DNA from: an uncultured Clostridia bacterium
Lineage (GTDB): Bacteria > Bacillota > Clostridia > Christensenellales > UBA1242
Direction of reading: 5' to 3'
Assembly: GCA_944349895.1 (NCBI GenBank)
Contig: CALVNQ010000004.1
Location: forward strand, 1-59,473
Length of the DNA stretch: 59,473 nucleotides
The stretch's first letter is position 1. Each line of letters starts with the position of its first letter. A program made the translations under genes and the position numbers. The notes under the pieces are model-generated. The model saw only the letters and a list, made by a program, of their open reading frames with translations, had not been told where the DNA came from and did no database searches. Positions 1 through 10,346 of this stretch are shown here, one piece after another.

Positions 1-3000
1 CTGTATAATCCACAAAATAAACAACATTACTTGAATTAATAGAGAACACATAATCTAGATCGCCACCATAAATGTTTTGGTATTTCCTTGTAACAATAAC
101 TTTTACGTTGGATACATCAGCTCTATTAGTGAAAGTTATTATATCTCCTTCACAACTTACACTAAACCTTGAATCTGTTGGTTGAATTTGGGTTTCGCCC
201 AACCAAACTTCTTTTACTTCTAAAGAACGACCTTCTGTGATTTCGACTTCTGAATCGCCTATTATTAGTTTATCCGGCAAACGCACTTCACCATAATGTT
301 CAGTATCATATCCAAACAAAGCTTTCATATCAACCACTAATGACTTATTGTTCAATATTGTTAATATCTCCATAGATCCATCAAAAGGATAAACAACTTG
401 TGCAATTTGGGCATTTGGCAAAATGGAAATATTAAAATTATAACTTATGGTTTTGCCATCTCTTTGCGTAAATAAAATATAAACAGGTAATATTTCTTGT
501 TGCGCATTTTCTGAATAAATAACATCTTTAATTGTCAAAACATTATTGGTAATTGACATAACATTTGAGAATTGATTAGGCACCGAAAAACTTATTGATT
601 CAGAATCATTTTGGTTAAAATTTGTCAAATATTTAATCCCGTCAAATTCACTTAAATAATAACCATAGTAACTTTGTTTTACCGAATAACCATAATCAAC
701 ACTTTCTAATGTAATAGTTCCATCGATGCCTATTGTTCCTTTGCGAAGTGATAAAATATCTGAATCAATGGACTCAATATAATAAGTTTCACCAAGAAAT
801 TCAAAATATTGATTTTGAGATTTGTTTATATCAACATCATTTATAGTTTTTAATAAATTATTCGAAATAGAATATGAATAAATCTGACCATCTAATTCTA
901 TTTGCATATTTTGACCAACAACAGTTGCGCCGTTGAAAATAATCAGTTGACCTTGATCGTTGATAACATATGGACTTCCTAAAAGTTTATCTGGAGCTGT
1001 TAATTGATATGATTTTCCTGCTTCTATATTTATATCATAATTTTGCCCATCGATAACATTTTTTAAATCTTCACCATCATTGCCATAGGTTAAAAACTTG
1101 TCACCTACCGCCGAAATGAAAATAGGCATTTTTACAGCGGCAACATCACATTCAAGTCCAGCTGTTCCACCAGCATAATTAAAGAAAACATATAAATAGT
1201 AATTTTCTCCGACTGAATAATTTTGATCATTTTTAAAGCTTATTGTCTGTGGATTAAGTCCCGTTATTGAGTATGCCGCTGAATTTTGCGCTAAGGATAC
1301 TTTCAACCCAGAAGCATTATCGGTTTCTCCATAAGTTAATGAATTAAAGGTTAAGTTTCTTTCACTAATGAAAATCATATCTAGATCATTATATAAAACA
1401 TGATTGTTTAGCCACTCTCCACTATCTCCCAAATCAGTTAAACCAACAACAATTTTTAATTCACAAAAAGCCACAGCTTTATCATTCTTGATCAAAGATG
1501 CCTCAACAGTTTTTTCTGTTTCACCATAGTCCAAGAACATAGTGTTACCGTTGAATTTAAAATAATTATTTTCAATTTTAACGTAATTTTCTATACTGTA
1601 ACCATCAAAAGATAATTTATTGATGTCTTCTGTTTTAGTTTCATCCTTGGAAATACGTTTTATTTCTAAATGGTTACCCACGCTAATTTGATTTTCTCCA
1701 GAAATTGCGTACAAGGAAACAGGGGTGGCTGTTGGCAATAATTCAAAATTAGGACAAACTGTGATTGTGAGCTCTTTATTGTAAGCATATGGGTTTCCTA
1801 CCATATTGCCATTGCTTTCATATTCATAAGCATAGAGAGTAAATATGTAAGTGGTTTTTTCATAAACTTCGTTGAAAGTTATAACTCCATTATCTATAGA
1901 AGCGATAACTGTCCCACCGTTAATGTTATTATTAGTTAATTGATAATTTGCCCCACTCGGATAAACCTCTCTCCAATTCACTTGTGTAGCTTTTAAATAT
2001 GTTTCCAAATCGATATCAAATCCGGAATAAACATAAATCGCGCCCTCAGAAGAATTGTCACCAATATCTTGTTGCCTAACTCCAATGATATTCCCACCAT
2101 AGTCGACAGCATTTAAATTATTTAAATCATCGTATGCATATTTAGTAAAAGTTACACTTAATGTAAAATTTAAAGTTTTATTAGTATTGGAAGCTGTAAA
2201 TGGTATTGTAACATCTTGCCCAAAATTTTGATAAACTTCAACAGAGTCTATCTCTGTTTCAACACTAGGAATAAAGCCTTGCTCTTGACCATTTATTTTA
2301 AACATTTGCCAAAAACTCTCATTGACGGTTGTTAAGAAAGTTTCTGAAACTGTAATTTTATATTTGTCATTTTGATATTTATCACCATTCCCGACATAAA
2401 CACTTAATAGACCATTGTTTGATCCATCGTTTTTTAAAATAAAATTTTGACCTTTATTGCCAGAAACGCTGTATTTTGGGTTACCTAAATTTTCTTCTCC
2501 AACACTAGTGCCTTCAATTTCTATGTCAGTAACACCTATACTTTGAACATTAATTGTAAATTTGTAATATTGGGAACCAGCAGTGACAGTTACCATGATG
2601 CCGTTTTTGTTTCCATTCCCAAAGGTAATATTTTTTTCTGCGTCATTAACAATAACATAGTTCATGTCTGATGACGAAATATTATAATTACTATCAAATG
2701 TTCTGCCATAAGTATCTTTAATGACAGTGTCCTTTAACATTTGGTTGAATACCGAAATATTGTTTGTTTCAAATCCTCCAGCAACATTATCAGTAATTAA
2801 CAAAGAACCCGATCCATCAATATTTAAAGTTTGAATTGCATCAAATTCTTTATTTTCAAGTTGCTCATTTATAATTTGAGCTGGGGTTTGATTATAAATT
2901 TTAATAGCTCCGTAATAATCTTTACCGTCTTCTCCCACAGGAGTTGCCCACCAAGTATTGGTGGTAATTGTGTTATTATAAGCAACTTGTATATAAAAAT

Positions 3001-5161
3001 CTTGACCTTTTTCTTCTGTTATTTCAATCTGTTTAACATTAACAGGTATTAAAACTACCCTATCTTCCAACTGAGTTAAATCTGGATCACCAAAATCAAA
3101 AATATCATCTCTTCTTAACTTACCTTCATTGTCTTCACTTGCATAAAATTCAATTCTGTCAAGCTCACTTTCAAAAATGGCTTCATCTCCTTCTTTTAAA
3201 GTAAGCCTTAAAGTGATCGCACTATTTGTCCCCGTTGGCACAGCGAAAACATTACTTTCTGCAATCAAAAAATTCTCATCAATTATTAAGCCTACACCGT
3301 TCTCAACAAAACCTTGAAGAGTCTCCTTGACCGTCACAAAAATTACATTTGACATTTGTTCAATAATATAAGTATTAGACGCCGACATTATAGGATTACC
3401 ATAAGCATCAGTTCTTATAGTAGCAAACACTAAATTGCAATTTATAGATTTTTTAGCAATTAACTCTGTACCAATTAAAGGATACAAGGTCTTATTCTCT
3501 CCGTTAACTTGATAAATTCCCTTGCCTTCGTTTGTAACAGCGATATAATCACTAAGATCTCCCTGTAAAGCACCATCATAATAAACAAAAAACATTCTTT
3601 TTTGATATGTGTTAGTTTCTGGGACAAACGATACAGAAGTTAAATTGTCTTTATATTGTGATGAAACAACATTTCCATTATTATCATATATAATTGTCAT
3701 TGAAATATTGTCATCTATCAAATTTTCGTCCCAATAAACAGGCTGATCAACATTTTCAATGGATATAAAGTAAACTTGATCATCGCTTTCACTGTTATAA
3801 ATGAAAGTTTCTCCGTTTTCATTTTGTAATAAAAGCACAATTTCTGCAACTATGCTGTATTCTCCAGTTGTAGAAATTTCCCAATATGCATGGTTAAGAT
3901 TTTTTACATCAGAATTGATTAAAACATAATCTTTTCCATCAAAATTAAAAATTTCTCCACCTTTAACTACCACTACTCCAGATGATAAAGCGACCTGAGA
4001 ATTTGTAGCAGAGTCTGTAATTGATATGATTCTAAGTCCAACATTTTTTATCATAGAAGACAAATCGTTATCGTGAACATCTCTTATTCTGATATTCAAT
4101 TGACCATCTGATAAAGAACTGGTCCCAGCAGAAACTCTGAACAGCTTATTTGTAACCATGTTAAAAGGAGTGCCAGAAGTATCATTAATAGCAAAACTAC
4201 CAACATTTGCTTCAACTACATTAACCAAAATATTAGACTTTATCGAATTTTGTAAACTAGAAAGATATCTTATTGCTTCACTATATAAAGGCAATCCGGA
4301 AAGCTGATTATTTAGTTCCAAAAATTCTTGTTGCTGTGAAGCATCAGCGAAAACAAAAGCTTGAATTTCATTTAATGAAGAAGGCTCATCTCCTGCTATA
4401 AAATAAACATCGTTATCATTATATACAAATTCTATCCCACTTGCAGAAGTGCCTAAACTATAATAAACGTTTTTAACTCTTTTTAGATCTTGGGCAATCG
4501 CAGAATTTTTGTCGTCACTGAACAAATATTTGCTTTTTTCTGGATAAAACACTGGCTCAATAATAAAATTAGTTTTTTCAGCAACTTTGTTCCCATTTGT
4601 CATTAATTCGTCTCCAAGTTCATCGCCAGTAGTTGAATTATATATCTTTAAATCAATATCTTCAACGGGAACATCAACGGCTATTTTTACCACACTCGAA
4701 GAAAGTAAATTGTTTTGTGTTGTTATCACAAGCTCAGAAATCCCACCCTTATTGCTTCTGAAAATTTCTCCATCTTTATCATAATAATTTTCCGGGACAA
4801 GACTAACCGTAAATGTTTTTCCTAAAGTAACTTTTTCCGGCACAATAATTATTCCATCTGAAATTTTACCTTCCGATTTCTCAACTGAAATTCCTTGTTT
4901 AAAACTTAAAGTGACCTCTTTCTCTGTAACACTTTCAGTTGGCGAAGAAATAACCATCTCAAAATCTTCAACAGTTTCAAATTGATTAAGACTAGCATTG
5001 TATTTATCTTCGCTTTCAACTGTAATCTCTTGTGGCACCACCTTTTTAGCTTCAAAGCCTGTTGTTAAATAAACAGCTAAAAAAGAGCCTCCTATTGCCA
5101 AAACAAAGACTGAAATTAAAATAACAATAAGTTGCCAAGTTTTAGGTGCTTTAAGCTTCAT
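1..5161 (-). CDS. Giant membrane-anchored surface protein (>1720 aa, runs off the left end); beta-rich, probably tandem Ig-like domains
   Basis: Not in the ORF track, presumably because no stop lies in the window. ATG at 5161 with AGAGG RBS. Manual translation starts MKLKAPKTWQLIVILISVFVLAIGGSFLAVYL (basic N-terminus plus one TM) and is in the same frame at the window edge (..VYFVDYT). Rich in N/S/T/I/V/Y/E. Confidence 0.85.
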   Translation of the reverse strand, partial: MKLKAPKTWQLIVILISVFVLAIGGSFLAVYLTTGFEAKKVVPQEITVESEDKYNASLNQFETVEDFEMVISSPTESVTEKEVTLSFKQGISVEKSEGKISDGIIIVPEKVTLGKTFTVSLVPENYYDKDGEIFRSNKGGISELVITTQNNLLSSSVVKIAVDVPVEDIDLKIYNSTTGDELGDELMTNGNKVAEKTNFIIEPVFYPEKSKYLFSDDKNSAIAQDLKRVKNVYYSLGTSASGIEFVYNDNDVYFIAGDEPSSLNEIQAFVFADASQQQEFLELNNQLSGLPLYSEAIRYLSSLQNSIKSNILVNVVEANVGSFAINDTSGTPFNMVTNKLFRVSAGTSSLSDGQLNIRIRDVHDNDLSSMIKNVGLRIISITDSATNSQVALSSGVVVVKGGEIFNFDGKDYVLINSDVKNLNHAYWEISTTGEYSIVAEIVLLLQNENGETFIYNSESDDQVYFISIENVDQPVYWDENLIDDNISMTIIYDNNGNVVSSQYKDNLTSVSFVPETNTYQKRMFFVYYDGALQGDLSDYIAVTNEGKGIYQVNGENKTLYPLIGTELIAKKSINCNLVFATIRTDAYGNPIMSASNTYIIEQMSNVIFVTVKETLQGFVENGVGLIIDENFLIAESNVFAVPTGTNSAITLRLTLKEGDEAIFESELDRIEFYASEDNEGKLRRDDIFDFGDPDLTQLEDRVVLIPVNVKQIEITEEKGQDFYIQVAYNNTITTNTWWATPVGEDGKDYYGAIKIYNQTPAQIINEQLENKEFDAIQTLNIDGSGSLLITDNVAGGFETNNISVFNQMLKDTVIKDTYGRTFDSNYNISSSDMNYVIVNDAEKNITFGNGNKNGIMVTVTAGSQYYKFTINVQSIGVTDIEIEGTSVGEENLGNPKYSVSGNKGQNFILKNDGSNNGLLSVYVGNGDKYQNDKYKITVSETFLTTVNESFWQMFKINGQEQGFIPSVETEIDSVEVYQNFGQDVTIPFTASNTNKTLNFTLSVTFTKYAYDDLNNLNAVDYGGNIIGVRQQDIGDNSSEGAIYVYSGFDIDLETYLKATQVNWREVYPSGANYQLTNNNINGGTVIASIDNGVITFNEVYEKTTYIFTLYAYEYESNGNMVGNPYAYNKELTITVCPNFELLPTATPVSLYAISGENQISVGNHLEIKRISKDETKTEDINKLSFDGYSIENYVKIENNYFKFNGNTMFLDYGETEKTVEASLIKNDKAVAFCELKIVVGLTDLGDSGEWLNNHVLYNDLDMIFISERNLTFNSLTYGETDNASGLKVSLAQNSAAYSITGLNPQTISFKNDQNYSVGENYYLYVFFNYAGGTAGLECDVAAVKMPIFISAVGDKFLTYGNDGEDLKNVIDGQNYDINIEAGKSYQLTAPDKLLGSPYVINDQGQLIIFNGATVVGQNMQIELDGQIYSYSISNNLLKTINDVDINKSQNQYFEFLGETYYIESIDSDILSLRKGTIGIDGTITLESVDYGYSVKQSYYGYYLSEFDGIKYLTNFNQNDSESISFSVPNQFSNVMSITNNVLTIKDVIYSENAQQEILPVYILFTQRDGKTISYNFNISILPNAQIAQVVYPFDGSMEILTILNNKSLVVDMKALFGYDTEHYGEVRLPDKLIIGDSEVEITEGRSLEVKEVWLGETQIQPTDSRFSVSCEGDIITFTNRADVSNVKVIVTRKYQNIYGGDLDYVFSINSSNVVYFVDYT

Positions 5162-5376
5162 GACGTTAAACCTCTTATCAAAATTATTCTTTGCATATTA
5201 ACTCAATTTAATTATACTTTTTTTGACATTTTTTTCAAAGCAAAGTATAGAGAAAAATAAAATAATTTTTTTGTTATCTTTTGTGCTTTTATAATTAGAA
5301 AAGACAAAAAATATTATTTGACTTATTTTAAAAATTCTTTTATAATTTCAAAGAAAATAACATTAAAGGAAAATTT

Positions 5377-6957
5377 ATGATACAAGTAAATAATATATCG
5401 TTAGCTTTTGGGGGAAGAACTCTTTATAAAGATGTAAATTTAAAATTTACAAAAGGCAATTGTTATGGGATTATCGGAGCTAACGGCGCGGGGAAATCAA
5501 CTTTTTTAAAAATTTTAACAGGCGAGCTCGAACCAAGCACTGGTGATGTTTTCATTTCACCAGGCGAACGAATGAGCGTTTTACAACAAAATCAAAACGC
5601 TTTTGATAACGAAACAGTTTTGGATACAGTTTTGCTTGGGCACAAAAGATTAATGGAAATTCAGCATGAAAAAGATGCCCTTTATGCAAAAGAAGATTTT
5701 AATGAACAAGACGGAATTAAGGCAGGAGAGTTAGAAACAGAATTCGCAGAATTAGGTGGTTGGGAAGCTGAAAGTGATGCAAAAACACTTCTTCAAAATT
5801 TAGGCATTGTTGAAGATCTTTATTATGCTTCGATGAAAGATGTTGACCCAAAACTTAAAGTTAAAATTCTTTTAGCGCAGGCTTTGTTTGGGAATCCTGA
5901 CATTTTGGTTCTTGATGAACCAACAAATAACCTAGATTTTAAAACAGCTGTATGGCTTGAAAACTTTTTGCTAAATTTTGAAAACACAGTCATAATTGTT
6001 TCTCACAATAGGCACTTTTTGAACAAAGTTTGCACACATATTTGTGACGTTGATTTTGGCCAAATAAACATGTTTCTTGGGAACTATGACTTTTGGTATC
6101 AGTCAAGTCAGTTAATGGCCAGGCAGTTAAAAGACCAAAATAAAAAAGCAGAGCAAAGAGCAAAAGAGCTGAAAGAGTTTATAGCTAGATTCGCCGCAAA
6201 TGCTTCAAAATCTAAACAAGCTACAAGCAGAAAAAAAGAGCTTGAACGTTTAACAATTGAAGACATAAAACCATCATCTAGAAAATATCCTTTCATTGAT
6301 TTTAGATTTGATCAAGAAATTGGAAAAGAAATTTTAAAAGTTGAGAATTTAACTAAAAAAGGAATGTTTGAAAACCTTACCTTTAATATAGAAAAAGATC
6401 AAAAAGTTGCTTTTTTTGCAAAGAATAGTCAAATTATCACAACTTTATTTAACATATTAACAGGAAAAGAGCAACCTGATTCAGGTGTTATTCATTTTGG
6501 TAAAACAATTTCAGTGTCGTATTTGCCACAAGATAACAACGAATATTTTAATAACTGTTCATTATCAATAGTTGATTGGCTAAGACAATTCTCTAAGGAT
6601 CAAAATGAAACTTTTATCAGGAGTTGGCTTGGAAGAATGTTATTTACTGGGGAAGAAAATATGAAACCTGTAAACGTTTTATCAGGAGGAGAAAAAGTTC
6701 GATGTATGTTCGCTAAAATGATGTTGCAAGGTGCAAACCTAATAATCATGGACGAACCAACAAATCATCTTGACTTAGAAAGCATAACCTCTTTAAATAA
6801 CGGAATGAAAAACTTTAAAGGGCCACTACTTTTCACTTCTCATGACCAAGAAATCATAGAGACGGTTGCAAACAGAATTATAGAGTTTACTGATGATAAA
6901 AAATATATAGACTTCGTAGGCACTTACAATGAATATACTGAAAAATATTTCAATTAA
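5377..6957 (+). CDS. ABC-F family ribosome-associated ATPase (YbiT/YkpA-like)
   Basis: Two ABC domains (GANGAGKST, LDEPTNNLD, LSGGEK, MDEPTNHLD), linker containing ASKSKQATSRKK, no TM segments. Confidence 0.92.
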   Translation: MIQVNNISLAFGGRTLYKDVNLKFTKGNCYGIIGANGAGKSTFLKILTGELEPSTGDVFISPGERMSVLQQNQNAFDNETVLDTVLLGHKRLMEIQHEKDALYAKEDFNEQDGIKAGELETEFAELGGWEAESDAKTLLQNLGIVEDLYYASMKDVDPKLKVKILLAQALFGNPDILVLDEPTNNLDFKTAVWLENFLLNFENTVIIVSHNRHFLNKVCTHICDVDFGQINMFLGNYDFWYQSSQLMARQLKDQNKKAEQRAKELKEFIARFAANASKSKQATSRKKELERLTIEDIKPSSRKYPFIDFRFDQEIGKEILKVENLTKKGMFENLTFNIEKDQKVAFFAKNSQIITTLFNILTGKEQPDSGVIHFGKTISVSYLPQDNNEYFNNCSLSIVDWLRQFSKDQNETFIRSWLGRMLFTGEENMKPVNVLSGGEKVRCMFAKMMLQGANLIIMDEPTNHLDLESITSLNNGMKNFKGPLLFTSHDQEIIETVANRIIEFTDDKKYIDFVGTYNEYTEKYFN

Positions 6958-6986
6958 AAAAACCAAACTGTTAAGTTTGGTTTTTT
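6956..6986. terminator. Bidirectional intrinsic terminator
   Basis: AAAAAAACCAAACT-GTTA-AGTTTGGTTTTTT between convergent stop codons. Confidence 0.85.
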
Positions 6987-7173
6987 ATCTGCACAGCGCT
7001 TTTGCGTCTTCGTACTCTCTATCTCTTCTTTGGTCTGCCAATTTTGCTTTTTTATTTTTATATATCGAAGCTTCGCTCTGACAAAGTCTGTTTTTGTCTG
7101 GTGTCTCTAAACCGTCATAACGAGTCTTTGCACCATAACCTTCATTCTCAAATTTTTCTTTTCTATAACACAT
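6985..7173 (-). CDS. Small orphan protein (62 aa, highly charged)
   Basis: AAGGAG RBS, upstream TTGACA-17-TATTAT promoter with extended TG, and the stop falls in the shared terminator. Confidence 0.7.
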   Translation of the reverse strand: MCYRKEKFENEGYGAKTRYDGLETPDKNRLCQSEASIYKNKKAKLADQRRDREYEDAKALCR

Positions 7174-7272
7174 TTTTTTCTACTCCTTTGTAATAATATG
7201 CTATATAATAACATTTTGTTCATGCGATGTCAATACCAAAATGTCGAAAAATATAAATTTTTTACGAATAGC

Positions 7273-7301
7273 TTGACAATATTAGATTCTATTCATATAA
7301 T
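7273..7301 (+). promoter_or_regulatory. Sigma-A promoter of glyS
   Basis: Perfect TTGACA-17 bp-TATAAT. Confidence 0.85.
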
Positions 7302-7307
7302 TAGCAT

Positions 7308-7449
7308 ATGCAATGAAGGGGTTGGAATCCCTGAGCAAACGCTTGTCGGCGAAAAGACGTTAATAAGGCAGGTTTATGCAAAGTAGGGTGGAACAGCGAT
7401 TTAAAGTCGCCCCTATAGACAAAAGCATAGACTTTTTTATTATAAGGAG
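7308..7449 (+). promoter_or_regulatory. Glycyl T-box riboswitch, atypical (ultrashort Stem I)
   Basis: Antiterminator-type fold TAGGG-TGGAACA-GCGAT-ttaaa-GTCGC-CCCTA (7384-7415); TGGA pairs with the UCCA end of tRNA-Gly; k-turn TGC-AAT-GA...GA-GCA at 7309-7337. Confidence 0.85.
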
Positions 7450-7454
7450 ATTTT

Positions 7455-8837
7455 ATGAAAGCAAGTATGGAAAAAATTGTAAATCTTTGCAAATCTAGAG
7501 GGATAATCTTCCCAGGAAGTGAAATTTATGGGGGACTCGCCAATGCATGGGATTATGGTCCATTGGGAGTACTAATAAAAAACAACATAAAAAATGCATG
7601 GTGGAAAAAATTTGTTCAAGAAAGTAAATATAATGTCGGCCTTGATTGTTCAATATTAATGAACCCTACGGTGTGGCAAGCAAGTGGTCACCTTGGTGGT
7701 TTTTCAGATCCTCTTATGGATTGTAAAAATTGCAAGTCACGACACCGAGCTGATAATTTAGTTGAGGAATATTTAAAAAAGAAAGGCTTAGAAGAAAATA
7801 TCGCTGGATGGACAAATGAACAATTTGAAAAATATATAGAAGATAAAAAAATTACTTGTCCAATTTGTGGGAAATCAGACTTTACTCCAATAAGGAAATT
7901 TAATCTTATGTTTAAAACCTTTCAAGGTGTAACAGAAGATTCATCTAATATTGTATATTTGCGTCCCGAAACAGCCCAAGGCATATTTGTAAACTTTAAA
8001 AACGTACAAAGAGCAACAAGAAAACGTGTTCCTTTTGGAATAGCACAAATTGGCAAAAGTTTTAGAAATGAAATAACTCCTGGAAATTTCATATTTCGAG
8101 TGAGAGAGTTTGAACAAATGGAGTTAGAATTTTTTTGTGAGCCGGGCAGTGACTTAGAATGGTTCAAATATTGGAAAAATTTTTGTCATCAATGGCTTTT
8201 AGATATAGGAATCAAAGAAGAGAATTTAAAACTTAGAGATCATGAAAAAGAAGAATTGTGTTTTTATTCAAAAGCCACAACAGATTTTGAATTTAAATTT
8301 CCTTTTGGCTGGGGTGAGCTTTGGGGAATAGCCGACAGAACCGATTACGACTTAAGCCAGCATGCTAAATTTAGTGGAAAAGACATGTCATATCAAGATC
8401 CAATAACGAATGAAAAGTATGTTCCTTATGTTATAGAACCTTCTTTGGGAGTAGAAAGACTCATGCTAGCTTATTTATGCAATTCTTATGATGAAGAAGT
8501 GCTTGAAGGAGGAGAAACCCGAGTAGTTATGCACTTCCATCCTATTATCGCTCCTTATAAAGTTGCTTTGCTGCCACTACAAAAAAATCTTTCTGAAAAA
8601 GCAAAAGAAATATATGATGAATTGTCTAAATATTTTATGTGCGATTACGACGAATCAGGTTCAATAGGCAAAAGATATAGACGTCAAGATGAGATAGGTA
8701 CACCTGTTTGCATTACCATTGACTTCGACACTTTAGAAAACAATACGGTTACAGTAAGAGACAGAGATACAATGAAGCAAGATCGAATAATGATAAATGA
8801 ATTAAAGGAATATTTAAACTCTAAATTAGTATTTTAA
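7455..8837 (+). CDS. glyS: Glycine--tRNA ligase, homodimeric (alpha2) type
   Basis: Motifs [45 protein letters not shown]. Confidence 0.97.
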   Translation: MKASMEKIVNLCKSRGIIFPGSEIYGGLANAWDYGPLGVLIKNNIKNAWWKKFVQESKYNVGLDCSILMNPTVWQASGHLGGFSDPLMDCKNCKSRHRADNLVEEYLKKKGLEENIAGWTNEQFEKYIEDKKITCPICGKSDFTPIRKFNLMFKTFQGVTEDSSNIVYLRPETAQGIFVNFKNVQRATRKRVPFGIAQIGKSFRNEITPGNFIFRVREFEQMELEFFCEPGSDLEWFKYWKNFCHQWLLDIGIKEENLKLRDHEKEELCFYSKATTDFEFKFPFGWGELWGIADRTDYDLSQHAKFSGKDMSYQDPITNEKYVPYVIEPSLGVERLMLAYLCNSYDEEVLEGGETRVVMHFHPIIAPYKVALLPLQKNLSEKAKEIYDELSKYFMCDYDESGSIGKRYRRQDEIGTPVCITIDFDTLENNTVTVRDRDTMKQDRIMINELKEYLNSKLVF

Positions 8838-8864
8838 AAACGAACTTTACCGTTCGTTTTTTTT
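8836..8864. terminator. Bidirectional intrinsic terminator
   Basis: AAAAACGAAC-TTTACC-GTTCGTTTTTTT between convergent genes. Confidence 0.8.
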
Positions 8865-9588
8865 AATCTTTTCTTGACGAAGTCATAGACAAAGCTATCA
8901 AAACAATTCTTAAAAGAGATAGCAGACTGACAGCCAAAGATGCCACATAAGTGAGAGCGGCAGCATCCAAAACTTTTTTTGCATCAGACAATTCCTGATT
9001 TGTCATAATGTTAAGAGACTCAAGTTGTGATAAAGCTCTTCGAGAGGCATTAAGTTCAACGGGCAAAGTAATTAAATTAATCAAAGCTCCCAAAGAAAAA
9101 ATACCTACTGCCACCCAAATCAATACTTCACCAACAAAAGGAGTAGCTAAAGTAAAAAATAGAATTAATCCTAATAATATAAGAGGGGTAAATAAGGAAG
9201 AGGTAAAATTGCTTAATTTGATAACAGCTAATCTAACTTTCATAGGAAAATATTTTTTTGCATCTTGCAAAGCATGCCCTGTTTCGTGGGCTGCGACACC
9301 GATAGCTGAAATGGAGCAAGAATTCCACACAGGTTCTGAAAGATTGATTCTTTTAGTGATAGGATTATAGTTATCAGTGAGGGAACCTTTAGCTCTCATA
9401 ACTTGGACATCAAAGATACCGTTTTTATCAAGGAGCATTTTAGAGACTTGAGTTCCCGTTAAATTGCAAGAAGGGATTTGTTTAGAAAACTTAGAAAAAG
9501 TAGATTGTACTTTGTTCTGAGCGTACAAAGCGAAAATGATTCCTGGAAGCAACAAAATAGACAAGACGATATATTCCCAATAAAACAT
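8863..9588 (-). CDS. Membrane zinc metallopeptidase (YugP-like)
   Basis: LTDNYNP, VAAHETGHALQ, TLPVELNASRRAL, AAALTYVA motifs. Start moved to ATG 9588 (MFYWEY) behind AAGGAG. Confidence 0.9.
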   Translation of the reverse strand: MFYWEYIVLSILLLPGIIFALYAQNKVQSTFSKFSKQIPSCNLTGTQVSKMLLDKNGIFDVQVMRAKGSLTDNYNPITKRINLSEPVWNSCSISAIGVAAHETGHALQDAKKYFPMKVRLAVIKLSNFTSSLFTPLILLGLILFFTLATPFVGEVLIWVAVGIFSLGALINLITLPVELNASRRALSQLESLNIMTNQELSDAKKVLDAAALTYVASLAVSLLSLLRIVLIALSMTSSRKD

Positions 9589-9604
9589 AAATAACTCCTT
9601 TTTA

Positions 9605-10315
9605 TCAAAATAACTTAGTTTTTTTAACCAAACCACTCCAACCTAAAAGTAGTTTAATTAAATCGCTCCAATAAGTTAATCTAGCGCTTTTTAAAAACGA
9701 CTTAGCCTCTTTTAAAATATTATCTGGAATAAAATTATTTAAAATGGCGACAGCGCGTTTAGAGGCGTCTTTTTCGAAATAAATATTAAACATTTTAATA
9801 ATAATAGCAAAAATGAAAATAGCAACAGCGATAGAAGCTGACAAAATAGAATAAAAAACAAGATCAGGGAAAAAGAGCAATATTAAAGAGCAAATGATAG
9901 CTGGTAAAAACAGTTTACCTAATAAGAAACCAAAAAATTGGAAAATTTTCAAAACTTTTAATTTATTACTTGAAAAATCTTGCTGAGCATGGCCGAGTTC
10001 GTGAGCCACTATAGTGAAAGCTCCGATAGAATCAGAAGATATAGTTTTGTTAGTTAAAATTAAGGTTTTAGACTTTAAATTGTAAGCGTCCCCCATATAT
10101 TTATCAGTTTTAGCCACTCTAAGTTTACCGTTGAAATTAGAAAAATTTTGTTCATTAATCATTTCCAAGACAGACATATGTGCTTGAGATGGCAAAGAAA
10201 ACATTTTTTGATAAACATCTGCGAACTTTTCGTGAGCATAGTTTGCCACCGCAAGCATAGCACTTAAAACTGCTGTAACAAGAATTAAAATTAAAATAAT
10301 CCACCAAATATCCAT
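9605..10315 (-). CDS. Divergent paralogous membrane zinc metallopeptidase (YugP-like)
   Basis: IVAHELGHAQQ, EKDASKRA, SARLTY. No RBS; TTGATA-17-TATCAT ends 6 nt before the ATG. Confidence 0.85.
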   Translation of the reverse strand: MDIWWIILILILVTAVLSAMLAVANYAHEKFADVYQKMFSLPSQAHMSVLEMINEQNFSNFNGKLRVAKTDKYMGDAYNLKSKTLILTNKTISSDSIGAFTIVAHELGHAQQDFSSNKLKVLKIFQFFGFLLGKLFLPAIICSLILLFFPDLVFYSILSASIAVAIFIFAIIIKMFNIYFEKDASKRAVAILNNFIPDNILKEAKSFLKSARLTYWSDLIKLLLGWSGLVKKTKLF

Positions 10316-10346
10316 GAATATATGATACCATTAAATAACAATAATA

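Noticed and set aside
2831-4784. Short plus-strand ORFs 2831-3052 and 4587-4784
   Set aside because: Antisense shadows of the giant minus-strand ORF, with no RBS.
6340-6480. Degenerate second Walker A in the ABC-F (FFAKNSQIITTL); possible antibiotic-resistance ABC-F
   Set aside because: As I recall, a degenerate second Walker A is typical of the YkpA-like housekeeping subfamily; there is no mobile context or leader peptide.
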